From assembly GCA_963707955.1 (NCBI GenBank), contig OY970176.1:896001-960000 (forward strand): 64,000 bases of DNA, written 5' to 3'. Below are positions 1 through 8,618 of the stretch, one piece after another. The notes under the pieces are model-generated. The model ran no database searches, was not told the origin of the DNA, and saw only the letters and a program-made list of their open reading frames with translations. Position 1 is the first letter of the stretch. The number at the start of each line of letters is the position of its first letter. Both the position numbers and the translations under genes were made by a program. The stretch comes from Candidatus Bathyarchaeota archaeon (GTDB lineage Archaea; Thermoproteota; Bathyarchaeia; Bathyarchaeales; Bathycorpusculaceae).

Positions 1-467
1 CTTTTGGACCATTCTTTGTAGGCTTTGACACCATTTTCATAGGTGATTTTCATTCTTTCTTCTTTGTGATTCTTGAATTGAGGGACTACTAGGTGATCCA
101 CAGATACACCATAGTTGAACCCTAATTCCTTGTAGTAATCCAGGATCCTTACAGGGTCAAATGGAGGCTTTTTCTCGTTTACATATCCAAAGGCTCCGCA
201 GTCTCCAAGAATTTCAAAATTCTGTGGAAGTCGCAATGCTTTGTGGATTCCTTCAAATCGAGCTTGGGCGTATTTTCTCCTGTCTTCCTCTATCGTTATC
301 CGCGATATAAGTAGACCATCAAAAGGAACTTTGTCCGGTCCAAATATCTCCCACATATAGACATCATTCTTCGTTGGTTCTTGCTCATGTTCTGGCGAAT
401 GTGTGTCACTGATGAAATCATATCTTGGATCAACGCGATCATTCCACTCGGGTATGAAGTACTTCAA
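1..467 (-). CDS. dpdA: DpdA-type DNA-guanine transglycosylase, N-terminal part only (runs off the left edge)
   Basis: Manual translation of the minus strand: (M)KYFIPEWNDRVDPRYDF...NDVYMWEIF...FDGLLISR...ILGDCGAFGY...YYKELGFNYGVSVDHL. These match the DpdA-family F-x-P..D-x-VDP-x-YDF, GDCGAF and GxSVDH motifs. TTG start at 467 follows GAGGAG; alternative in-frame TTG at 491. Confidence 0.85.
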   Translation of the reverse strand, partial: MKYFIPEWNDRVDPRYDFISDTHSPEHEQEPTKNDVYMWEIFGPDKVPFDGLLISRITIEEDRRKYAQARFEGIHKALRLPQNFEILGDCGAFGYVNEKKPPFDPVRILDYYKELGFNYGVSVDHLVVPQFKNHKEERMKITYENGVKAYKEWSK

Positions 468-750
468 TGTTTTCTCCTCATGCTGAATCAATACCTAGTT
501 TTGGCGAAGTGGGTCTTTAACATTTTGACTTTGTTCTGCACGCAAGCAAGGTTGAAATAGCCTAAATAAATCCGATTTACTTACCTCATCTATCCTCCAA
601 GGTATTCTGCTAGAATGAAGCGGATTGTTTCTTGGATCGTTCCTAGCTTTCTTTTTTCTCTCTCTTTCTCCAGAGTTCGATTCATTGAGTCCGGAACCGA
701 CATAGTGAACTTCTTTGCCATGATGTTTGCCTCTTTGGAATTCTATGGGC

Positions 751-794
751 GTAAAAATATTTATAAGTAGGTAATTCTTTAGAAGTCTAAAGAA
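751..794 (+). promoter_or_regulatory. BRE/TATA promoter followed by a palindromic operator
   Basis: AAAAATA-TTTATAAG (TTTATA at 760-765), then TTCTTTAGA-AG-TCTAAAGAA (775-794, perfect 9-bp arms), upstream of the ATG at 824. Confidence 0.55.
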
Positions 795-823
795 GTAACC
801 ATATTGAGGAGAATTATTGTCCG

Positions 824-2005
824 ATGAGCAGTGAGAATACTCCCTTGGATTTTAGGTCAGCAACGAAGAAATATGAAAAGTATGGGCTCACGTGTAATCC
901 CTTTCCTTATGTGGGTGTGCCTGATGACACATTGTCGTTGTACACAGATCGCAAGAGAGAATTGAAGACAATTGAAGAGGTCGTCAGAGTTTCCTTGAAT
1001 GGCACATCCTCGCATATAGTCTTGGTTGGGAGTTATGGAAACGGGAAGACGCACACGATGAAATACATCAAGAAGCAGTTGGAGAGCCAAGTGCAGAACG
1101 CTCAGGTGATATACATTGCCGCTCCTGGAGACCGATTCTTGTCACTGTATGCAAATCTGATGTTCGAATTCGGTTTTGATCGTCTGGAAAGCCTGGTGTG
1201 GAGATTCCTGGAATTTGTCAACGGCGAAGAAAATCTGAGGAAGAAAGTGAATGATGGCGAAGTGCTTTTGCCCGAGATCCTAGAGATCGGCAAGAGACGA
1301 TTGCGGAATGAAGTTAAGTATACAGACTTCGCAACTGCTTTTCTCAAGTTGACTCTAGAAGAGTACAAATTCATTGCATGGAAGTACCTATGTGGAGAGC
1401 CTATTCCTTTTGAGCATCGAAGGGAACTCGATGTTGTTATGGCAATAGACAATGACGACAAAGCTCTGAGGGCTTTCATGAGTTTGAAGAAAATCCTTTC
1501 ATTGCTAGGGAACAAGCTGATATGCATACTGATTGACGAGTTTGAGTCCATTGAGTATGTTAACATACTCTTGAAGCAGAAGATCCTTAACAGCGTTCGT
1601 CATCTAATAGATCTTAACCCGCAAGGACTTTGCCTCATAATCGGATGTGCTCCAGACGTTTGGGTTGACATAATCAAAGAATACCACGCCTTCTCCGAAA
1701 GGATATTCAGACAAGTCACACTTCGAGCGCTTAACAAGGAGGACCTGCGCAATTTCGTTATTTCCTACCTACGACATTTCCGAGTCAAAGATTCGGATCC
1801 ACCGACGGATATCTTCCCTTTCACTGAAGATGCAGTTAGCGAGATCCAAAAGGCAGCTGAGGGGAATATACGTCGAATGCTTATGATCTGTAACCAGGCG
1901 ATTGATTTTGGAGTCGATGCAGGATTTCCAACTATGAACGCAAAGAAACTGAAGGAATTGCTGCCTGATCTTTTCGAAATCTCTACGCAGAGTAGTACGC
2001 CTTGA
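824..2005 (+). CDS. P-loop AAA-type ATPase (ExeA/BrxD-like), island ATPase 1
   Basis: YGLxxNPF N-terminus, Walker A GSYGNGKT, Walker B ILIDEFE, C-terminal PFTEDAV..EGNIRRML lid. Overlaps the next gene (TTGA). Confidence 0.8.
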   Translation: MSSENTPLDFRSATKKYEKYGLTCNPFPYVGVPDDTLSLYTDRKRELKTIEEVVRVSLNGTSSHIVLVGSYGNGKTHTMKYIKKQLESQVQNAQVIYIAAPGDRFLSLYANLMFEFGFDRLESLVWRFLEFVNGEENLRKKVNDGEVLLPEILEIGKRRLRNEVKYTDFATAFLKLTLEEYKFIAWKYLCGEPIPFEHRRELDVVMAIDNDDKALRAFMSLKKILSLLGNKLICILIDEFESIEYVNILLKQKILNSVRHLIDLNPQGLCLIIGCAPDVWVDIIKEYHAFSERIFRQVTLRALNKEDLRNFVISYLRHFRVKDSDPPTDIFPFTEDAVSEIQKAAEGNIRRMLMICNQAIDFGVDAGFPTMNAKKLKELLPDLFEISTQSSTP

Positions 2006-3085
2006 CGCTAGACGATGACCTATCAATGTTTCAAATAATAGCTTCGGACAACCTAGCCAGAATTGGTGAGTTAGAAACAAAACATGGATTATTGAAGACG
2101 CCAGCACTATTTCCGGTGCACAATCTTGGCACAGAGGGTGGCTGGAATACGCCCCGGTACTGGGAAAGATACCCTTTTATCAACACGGCCATGTTTAACG
2201 CGTCTTTTCTTTCAATGAACAGAGGTGGGCATCTCGGAACAATCCTGCAGATAGGTGTTCAGCGCTTCATCAGATTCTTTGGAATATCATTTGCTGACAG
2301 TGGCGGGTTCATCTACAAGAAGTACAAGCTGACTCTCAAACCGGAGAGGATTTTAGAAATACAAGAAAAAATGGGAGCAGATATAGCTTCTACTCTTGAT
2401 TATCCAATCCAATGCAAACCGATTTCTGAAAACACCAATGTGACACGTACGATAAAGAACGCTAAACTTGCTCTTTCTTTGAGAAGAGATCCAAAGTTGC
2501 TTCTTTTTGCTAGCATAAATGGATATGACCCTGTGGTTCTGAGAAACGCTGTAAAAAACCTAAAGAGAGCGGGCGATTTCGACGGTTTCGCAATAGGCAG
2601 TTTGATGCCGAGGTACACCAACTATAGGCTCCTGGTCGATTTTATACTCGCTGTGAAACTTGAAGCCCGCGAGACTCCAATACACGTATACGGGTTAGGA
2701 AGTCCGCTTGTCACTCATCTTCTGATGTTTCTTGGCGTCGACTCATTTGATTCCTCCTATTTTGTAGTAGCTTCTGGAAATAGAATCTACTCAATTCCTG
2801 GTTACGGACGCACGGAGTTCAAGGACTTGCACGAATCTGATTCCCCTCCATGCCAATGCCCTGTATGTCAGAAGCATTCGCTCTCTGAGCTTGAGGATAA
2901 GTCGGGAACTTCTCACGCTTCACAACCTATGGACGCTATGGAATGAGATAGATCAAACGAAAACAGCCATTAGAGAGAGAAGACTTGAAGAGCACCTTTC
3001 TTACCGTTTCAGAAACGCAAAATGGGCCAAAAAAGCCTTCGAATACGCAAAACATCGAATACAATATCGTTTCTCGGGTGGTTGA
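2002..3085 (+). CDS. TGT-family transglycosylase paralogue 2 (Zn site, no PUA domain); one extra base near 2890
   Basis: ARIGELETKHG..KTPALFPV, ADSGGF, IQEKMGADIASTLD, AIGSLMP, IHVYGLG, GVDSFDS, CQCPVC. The LLTLHNL..NEI..K.AI.E.RL tail continues in the next frame (ORF 2891-3085). Confidence 0.85.
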
Positions 3086-3940
3086 ATGAGTCTGAGAAAA
3101 ACAATGCGGCCTGTAACGTTGAAAAGAGTAGTAGAGGTCTGCAGCTTGGCAAGCGAGAATGAAGCCATAGACATTGTTGTTGTCTCACAGAGACTCGGCG
3201 TGAGTCATTCCAGAGCCGAAGAGATCGTTCTTGAAGTGGAGGAAATGAGGTTGTTGACAAATCTTGGGGACAAGTGTATAGCTAATCGCGAAACTTCAGA
3301 GTTTCTTAGGCATTTCGAGAACGAGCGATGGGAGAGAATTCATGAGCATTTCCTGGAGAAGTATCGTTTCTACAGAGATTTTATCCACATACTCGCTGGC
3401 CATATTGATGACGAAAAAGGTCTGTCTTTAGAGGAGATCAAAGAAGAATCGACGAGTCGACAATTAAGCCTGAACCAAACGGCAGTCGAGGTCTTGTCAG
3501 ATTGGTGTGACAGACTAGGTGTAATCCAACGACATCTTTACACTAGACGAATTTACACAGTGCGGAAGGATATTGAACCTAAGATTTTCAAAATTGCCCT
3601 CTGCAAATGCTATCGAGAACTTTCCACATGCCATGGGCGAAAAGGAGTATTCGTCGAGATACCGACGATGAGAGAAGATACTTGTGAGAATTTGAAAATT
3701 CCAAGAAAGACCTTTGATGAAAGATTGCGTCTCCTCTTCTTAGAAAATATAGGGCGAATTGAGCTAAGCGGAGCCCCGATCATAACTCTTGCAAAAAAGA
3801 GTCCATTTACCGAGAAGAAAATGATGTCTGATAGCAAAGCTGCTATATTGTCTCCAAAATACGAAGTGAAAAGAGAAAGGGAAGGTTTAGCAGTGGGTCA
3901 GAAAACTTACTATTACTTGGCGATTCATGAGAGCATCTAG
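3086..3940 (+). CDS. Hypothetical protein, probably tandem winged-helix DNA-binding domains
   Basis: 284 aa ORF abutting the TGT stop. HTH-like segments VSQRLGVSHSRAEEIV, LSLEEIKE..AVEVLSDWCDRLGVI and VEIPTMREDTCENLKIPRKTFDERL. The fold is inferred. Confidence 0.6.
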   Translation: MSLRKTMRPVTLKRVVEVCSLASENEAIDIVVVSQRLGVSHSRAEEIVLEVEEMRLLTNLGDKCIANRETSEFLRHFENERWERIHEHFLEKYRFYRDFIHILAGHIDDEKGLSLEEIKEESTSRQLSLNQTAVEVLSDWCDRLGVIQRHLYTRRIYTVRKDIEPKIFKIALCKCYRELSTCHGRKGVFVEIPTMREDTCENLKIPRKTFDERLRLLFLENIGRIELSGAPIITLAKKSPFTEKKMMSDSKAAILSPKYEVKREREGLAVGQKTYYYLAIHESI

Positions 3941-4085
3941 AGAACAGTCTTACTGTTGTCGCCTACACGCATTAGGACCTGTCTTTGGCGCAATCGTCTA
4001 TCGCCTTGGCGACTTGTCAGCGTTTGAAGACGGTGCGGAAGCACTCTAAGGTGTTGTCTCTAGGCATGCGAGTGTAGATGCAAAA

Positions 4086-4724
4086 CTAGACGCCTTTCTT
4101 ACTGCCCCACACAATTTTATGTTGCTGAAGAATAACCCTTGAATCAAGCCCATCTTTCTTGGCAAACTCTACCAATTGCTTAGCGAATTTCCTGTGCGCC
4201 CATTCGGGTTGGATGACCACGTTTAATGGACTCAGGCGTTCAATGATTCTCTTGGCATATTCGTAGTCCATTCTATTGGCGACCACGAATTTGAACTGAG
4301 TTTTGTGATCGTATAATTCTCTTGTTTTCCCCAAAACACGTTGATCACTTTGCATTCCAGAAGAAGGGCATTTGCAGTCCATGCTGATCAAGTCCACTGA
4401 ATCAAAGATCCTTTTGTGGAAAATCGTTCCATTTGTGTTTATTTGTATCCAATATGCATGATTTTTCAGCTGTTTAACAAGCTTTACCACTTCTTCGATC
4501 TGACAAAGAGGTTCTCCCCCAGTTATTGAGACGCTTTTGCAGGGATACTTTACGATTCTGCTTATCGCGTCCTTGACATCCATTTCCTTACCATTTTGAC
4601 GCGCATATTTTGTGTCACACCAAGAACACTCAAGATTGCATCCAGCCAGTCTGATGAAAATCTCCCGTCTCCCAATCTGAATTCCTTCACCTTCAATGGA
4701 GTAGAAAATCTCTGAAATCTTCAA
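4086..4724 (-). CDS. queE: 7-carboxy-7-deazaguanine synthase (radical SAM)
   Basis: ISEIFYSIEGEG, FIRLAGCNLECSWCDT, ITGGEPL, TNGT, LQQHK. Confidence 0.93.
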   Translation of the reverse strand: MKISEIFYSIEGEGIQIGRREIFIRLAGCNLECSWCDTKYARQNGKEMDVKDAISRIVKYPCKSVSITGGEPLCQIEEVVKLVKQLKNHAYWIQINTNGTIFHKRIFDSVDLISMDCKCPSSGMQSDQRVLGKTRELYDHKTQFKFVVANRMDYEYAKRIIERLSPLNVVIQPEWAHRKFAKQLVEFAKKDGLDSRVILQQHKIVWGSKKGV

Positions 4725-5470
4725 ATCTTGCCCTCTTGTCTCAATTTGAGAATTAATGGGTCTTCAATTCCAGCTTCCTGAAATCCTTTGGCCCTGAGCA
4801 AACAAGCATCGCATCTTCCACATGGTACTTCCTCACCAGCGTAGCAGCTCCAGGTCAACTCCAGAGGTGCCTTTAATTGCATGCCTAGTTCCACGATTTC
4901 TCTTTTGTTCTTGAAGAGTAGTGGTGTCTCTATCTTCATTTCGACATTGTATTGTGTACCAACTTTGCTCGCGAATTTCATCAAATCATTAATCCGAGTA
5001 TAGAATTCTGGTCTGCAATCTGGATATCCCGAATAGTCCGTAACGTTGGCAGCAATGAAAATTCTGGCCTCTATGTCTCTTGATCTAATACCATCTTGTT
5101 CAAGCTTGTAGAGGATCTCGGATTCGAGGTATGCTGCAGCCAGAATTATTAGAAAGGTGTTTCGCATTGGAACATATGTTATCGGTATCGTTTTTGACAT
5201 TTCTTCAGGGACTCTGTTTTTAGGAATGGCAAACAACTCTGGGTGAGTTAGGGCCGAGTACCACGCCATGTCTTTGTAGGATGAAATGTCAACTATTGTG
5301 TGCTTGATTTCCAGCACCTTGGCTATTCTCTCAGCACATTGAACTTCTTTGCTAAGCCGTTGACCATAATGCACCGTAATGGCATGCACATCATAACCTA
5401 GACTCTTTGCATAAGCAGCAGTTGTTGTTGAATCCAGTCCGCCGCTAAGCAGAATGACACCTACCTTCAT
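4721..5470 (-). CDS. queC: 7-cyano-7-deazaguanine (preQ0) synthase
   Basis: LSGGLDS, YGQR, SALT, TYVPMRN, DYSGYPDCRPEF, TWSCY...CGRCDAC. Confidence 0.95.
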   Translation of the reverse strand: MKVGVILLSGGLDSTTTAAYAKSLGYDVHAITVHYGQRLSKEVQCAERIAKVLEIKHTIVDISSYKDMAWYSALTHPELFAIPKNRVPEEMSKTIPITYVPMRNTFLIILAAAYLESEILYKLEQDGIRSRDIEARIFIAANVTDYSGYPDCRPEFYTRINDLMKFASKVGTQYNVEMKIETPLLFKNKREIVELGMQLKAPLELTWSCYAGEEVPCGRCDACLLRAKGFQEAGIEDPLILKLRQEGKI

Positions 5471-5506
5471 GAACCCCGCCTCATCATAATGTAATAAGCA
5501 CGCAAA

Positions 5507-5866
5507 TCAACTCTGAAAGTACTCGCACCAACTGTTGGTGCTTTCCCAGACCCTAACCTTTTCCAATCGAACAGATTCTGGCAGATCTTTCAAATTTCGG
5601 TAGATGTATCGCGAAATGTTTTCGGAAGTTGGGTTACCTATGTCTTTGAAGTGATTGAGATAAGAATGGTCAAGTTTTTCAGTTATCTGGCACAAGTTTT
5701 TTTTCAGGGTCTTGAAGTCAACTAGAATTCCGATATTGTCAGGCTTTTCTCCGATAACAAAGACTTCAACTTTCCACGTGTGTCCATGAAGTTTTGAGCA
5801 TTTTCCTTTGTATCCAACTAACTTGTGTGCTGCATCGAAATGCGATTCAATCCTCAGCCTATGCAT
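5507..5866 (-). CDS. queD: 6-carboxy-5,6,7,8-tetrahydropterin synthase
   Basis: FDAAH, C..LHGH, VDF, LDHSYLN, NPTSEN, VWES. ATG at 5866 follows GGTGGTGA. Confidence 0.93.
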   Translation of the reverse strand: MHRLRIESHFDAAHKLVGYKGKCSKLHGHTWKVEVFVIGEKPDNIGILVDFKTLKKNLCQITEKLDHSYLNHFKDIGNPTSENISRYIYRNLKDLPESVRLEKVRVWESTNSWCEYFQS

Positions 5867-5880
5867 TGTTTCACCACCAC

Positions 5881-6674
5881 CTAGAGAACCCCCCTCCACT
5901 CTGAACAGACATTGTGATCATGGATCGACTCGAAGCTCACGCATTTCACTCTGCAATATTTCGAGGGATACTTCTCTTTCAGCAATTGAACACATTTTCT
6001 GACAACATCTTCGACGAATCTAGGGTTCTTATGGATTCTCTCTACAATCTCTTTTTCTTCTGGTCTCTTTAACAACGAGAACGTTGGCGAACTAAAACTC
6101 TGATTGCAGATGTCTATGATGTCCAGGAGTTCGATGTTGTTTCTTGTAATGTCAATCGCTACGCTTAGGGTCCCTCTTTGATTGTGGGTCAGACCGTTAC
6201 ACATTTCTTTCGAACAAGGACAAGCTAATACACCGCTCAGAGAGATTCCAACTGTCTTCTGCTTTGATTTGGTGGAATATGTGGCAAACATCCTCGCAAC
6301 AGAGTTCTCGGTCTCTCCACTTGGTCTTGTTCTTTCAAAAGGAAGTTGGCCGAATACTTTGGTGAAACAATTGTAACCGTGCTTTGCGAAGGCATTTTCA
6401 GAGATTTTTTGCGCCAAGTCTTCTATTGACACAGTTTCTTTGGGATCTCTTCAACCGATTCCACGAACCTGCTCATGTGGACCCCTCGAAGATTAGAAGG
6501 CAGAGTTATGTAGCTGTTTATGGCGACAATCACGTGATAGAGTTTGTCTGGTCTCTTTACCACGACGTATTTTTTTAGTCCTTCTACTCCGACTTTCTCT
6601 AACTCGATTTCATTCTCTGGTTTTTCATTCTGCACATCAATCATTTCAGCAACTTTACTATCTACGTTTTTCAA
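5881..6674 (-). CDS. folE2: GTP cyclohydrolase FolE2/MptA family; one base missing at a homopolymer near 6440
   Basis: DVQN..P..I.LEKVGV and RGVHMSRF in ORF 6423-6674; ACPCS, THNQRG, KRPEE, NPRFVEDVVR, ESIHDH in ORF 5881-6432. Adding one A to CCCAAAGAA joins the two frames. Confidence 0.88.
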
Positions 6675-6677
6675 TGC

Positions 6678-7007
6678 CTACTTCACTCTCCCAGTCAAAA
6701 GATCCTCGTAGACCCGTCTCATGTGAAACACGGCGACTGCAGTTTTCTCATCCAAATTGCATCTGCATGCCTTGCACGACTGGCATATCAACCATCCGCA
6801 CTTGGGGCAAACCGCGGTTTTTGCCGAATCAATTTTTTCGCCGCACTCAAAGCAATAGACTTCCGGGTTGGCGAAGAATTCTAAGAAGTTTTCAATAAGC
6901 CTTGATACTGGAATATGCTTCCGTTTTGCTTCAGCGACCGCTCTTTGTTTCACTTTCTTGTCGATAGTAACATTCAACTTTTCCTTTGTCTTAGCCGACG
7001 GATTCAT
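6678..7007 (-). CDS. Ribbon-helix-helix protein with a Cys-rich Zn-binding C-terminus; first gene of the que operon
   Basis: KEKLNVTIDKKVKQRAVAEAKRKHIPVSRLIENFL (RHH pattern) followed by CFEC..CPKC..CQSC.ACRC. Confidence 0.7.
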   Translation of the reverse strand: MNPSAKTKEKLNVTIDKKVKQRAVAEAKRKHIPVSRLIENFLEFFANPEVYCFECGEKIDSAKTAVCPKCGWLICQSCKACRCNLDEKTAVAVFHMRRVYEDLLTGRVK

Positions 7008-7019
7008 ACGCCTTGATAC

Positions 7020-7040
7020 GTATTAAGGCGCATTTAATAC
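7020..7040 (-). promoter_or_regulatory. Palindrome overlapping the TATA box of the que operon
   Basis: GTATTAA-GGCGCAT-TTAATAC. TTAAAT lies about 25-30 nt upstream of the ATG at 7007 (leaderless spacing). ATACG direct repeats at 7006 and 7016. Confidence 0.5.
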
Positions 7041-7176
7041 TTGCTCACGTGTCCATGTAAAAAGCGCGCGCACTGACAAGCTTGAATTCCTATTCACGCA
7101 AGTCAGTCGTGAACTGGCAAGATATTATTATGAGTTCTTCAGTAACTGATCTTGCCGGTCGGAGTGTTGAAATCAG

Positions 7177-7677
7177 TTGAATGTCGAAACGTCCAATGCC
7201 ATTTTGTTCAAGGTTGCTAGGGAATTGCAGGATAGATCTTTGGAGCAAGGTTTGAGTTTGGCGTTGAGAGGCGGGCTTGCAGTCCATATTCTGATGGCGA
7301 GCGTTGGAAAAGAGCCAAAGGACTGGAGGCACAAAGATATTGATGTTGTGCTATTGGAGAAGCAACTACCCAATTTCATAGCTTTGATCAAGAGTCTTGA
7401 GTATGTTAGATCCCCTCTTTCGTCAAAGACCGAGAACTGCCATGTTTATCAAAATGAAGTCAATGGAAGAAGAGTTTCAGTCAATTTCGTAGGCCAGAAA
7501 ACTCTCGAAGTCGAGGCAAAAGAATACGATGGGTACTACTATAATATTATGCCACCTCAGCTTCTGTATGAACAGATAAGGGAGAAATGGATTTCAATGG
7601 ACAAGAACCCTAAAGTCGCAAGGTCTGTTGACTTCTTGAATGGATATGTCAAACATCAAGTTCAGGAGAAACGTTGA
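7177..7677 (+). CDS. Small Pol-beta-superfamily nucleotidyltransferase
   Basis: ALRGGLAVH...R.HKDIDVVL (GG..DxD signature); 166 aa. Confidence 0.7.
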   Translation: MNVETSNAILFKVARELQDRSLEQGLSLALRGGLAVHILMASVGKEPKDWRHKDIDVVLLEKQLPNFIALIKSLEYVRSPLSSKTENCHVYQNEVNGRRVSVNFVGQKTLEVEAKEYDGYYYNIMPPQLLYEQIREKWISMDKNPKVARSVDFLNGYVKHQVQEKR

Positions 7678-8618
7678 TGATTGAAGGCTCATATCGGGCG
7701 TCTTTTAGGGAGGTGCGCAGGTTGGCCTATCTTAGGTTTGCCTGCGACATTATGGCGATAGAGAAATCGAGCGAGATCAACTTAGCCAGTGAGAAATTCC
7801 TTAATAAGACAAGAACCCTGAACTGGAAACTAAGAACATACACACGAAACACTGGAAAAGTTGAAAGGATTTCGGTGGCAAAGAACCATTTTATAATAGC
7901 GAAGGCGCTTGGGCTAATGAAGATAGAAGGCGAGTTCGTCAAGTCAACTAGTATATCTGCTTTCTTTGCATCCTTGCTAAAAAACGATGAGAACCCATTT
8001 TACCTGTCTCTAGAAGAGAAACTCTCCTTTTTCGAGGAACTGTTCGAGTACAAAGGTCAGGATTTGGCCCCATTGCTGATTCTGTTTGATGATGAAGATT
8101 GGATTGATCTCGGGGAAGGAATAAATAGAATGAAAATAGAGCCAAGACCCCATGTTGATCAAATAGTGAAGTCTGGTTTTGATTGGTTTGTTGATCTTGG
8201 CCTGCTAAGTGCCACATCAGCGAGGAAAGGCAAGTTTGGGATAACAAGAGTTGGCAAGAGTCTGAGGGAGGTTCTTGAATCCAGCAACGGCAGTCATAAA
8301 TCCTCAACTCTACTTGAAGTGTATGCGGAAGATCTCTTGGGTCATATTGATATCTTGGACAGGGCAGATGACGAGTCCATAATGTCATCTTTCCATAAAG
8401 CGAGAGAGAGAACGAGAAAATTTGCAACTAGCGAGATTAGTCGTGATCTCCTTTCTGCCCTGCCAATCGTCCTATTCACACGGTTGCAACTGCTGGCGAA
8501 ATATAGGATACTTTTAAGCGTGGATGAGCTGATTACACATATGAGAGAACTACTTCCCAAGAGTGGAATATCCTTCAAGTGGGATCCCATATACAAAGGG
8601 GGTTACATAAGAACATGA
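7674..8618 (+). CDS. Hypothetical protein, probably winged-helix DNA-binding (BrxA/SspB-like by inference)
   Basis: 314 aa, overlaps both neighbours. wHTH-like segments NHFIIAKALGLMKIEG and FDWFVDLGLL...FGITRVGKSL. Confidence 0.55.
   Translation: MMIEGSYRASFREVRRLAYLRFACDIMAIEKSSEINLASEKFLNKTRTLNWKLRTYTRNTGKVERISVAKNHFIIAKALGLMKIEGEFVKSTSISAFFASLLKNDENPFYLSLEEKLSFFEELFEYKGQDLAPLLILFDDEDWIDLGEGINRMKIEPRPHVDQIVKSGFDWFVDLGLLSATSARKGKFGITRVGKSLREVLESSNGSHKSSTLLEVYAEDLLGHIDILDRADDESIMSSFHKARERTRKFATSEISRDLLSALPIVLFTRLQLLAKYRILLSVDELITHMRELLPKSGISFKWDPIYKGGYIRT

Noticed and set aside
2880-6450. Programmed ribosomal frameshifting in TGT-2 or folE2
   Set aside because: No slippery heptamer with a downstream structure, and similar indels hit unrelated genes across the window.
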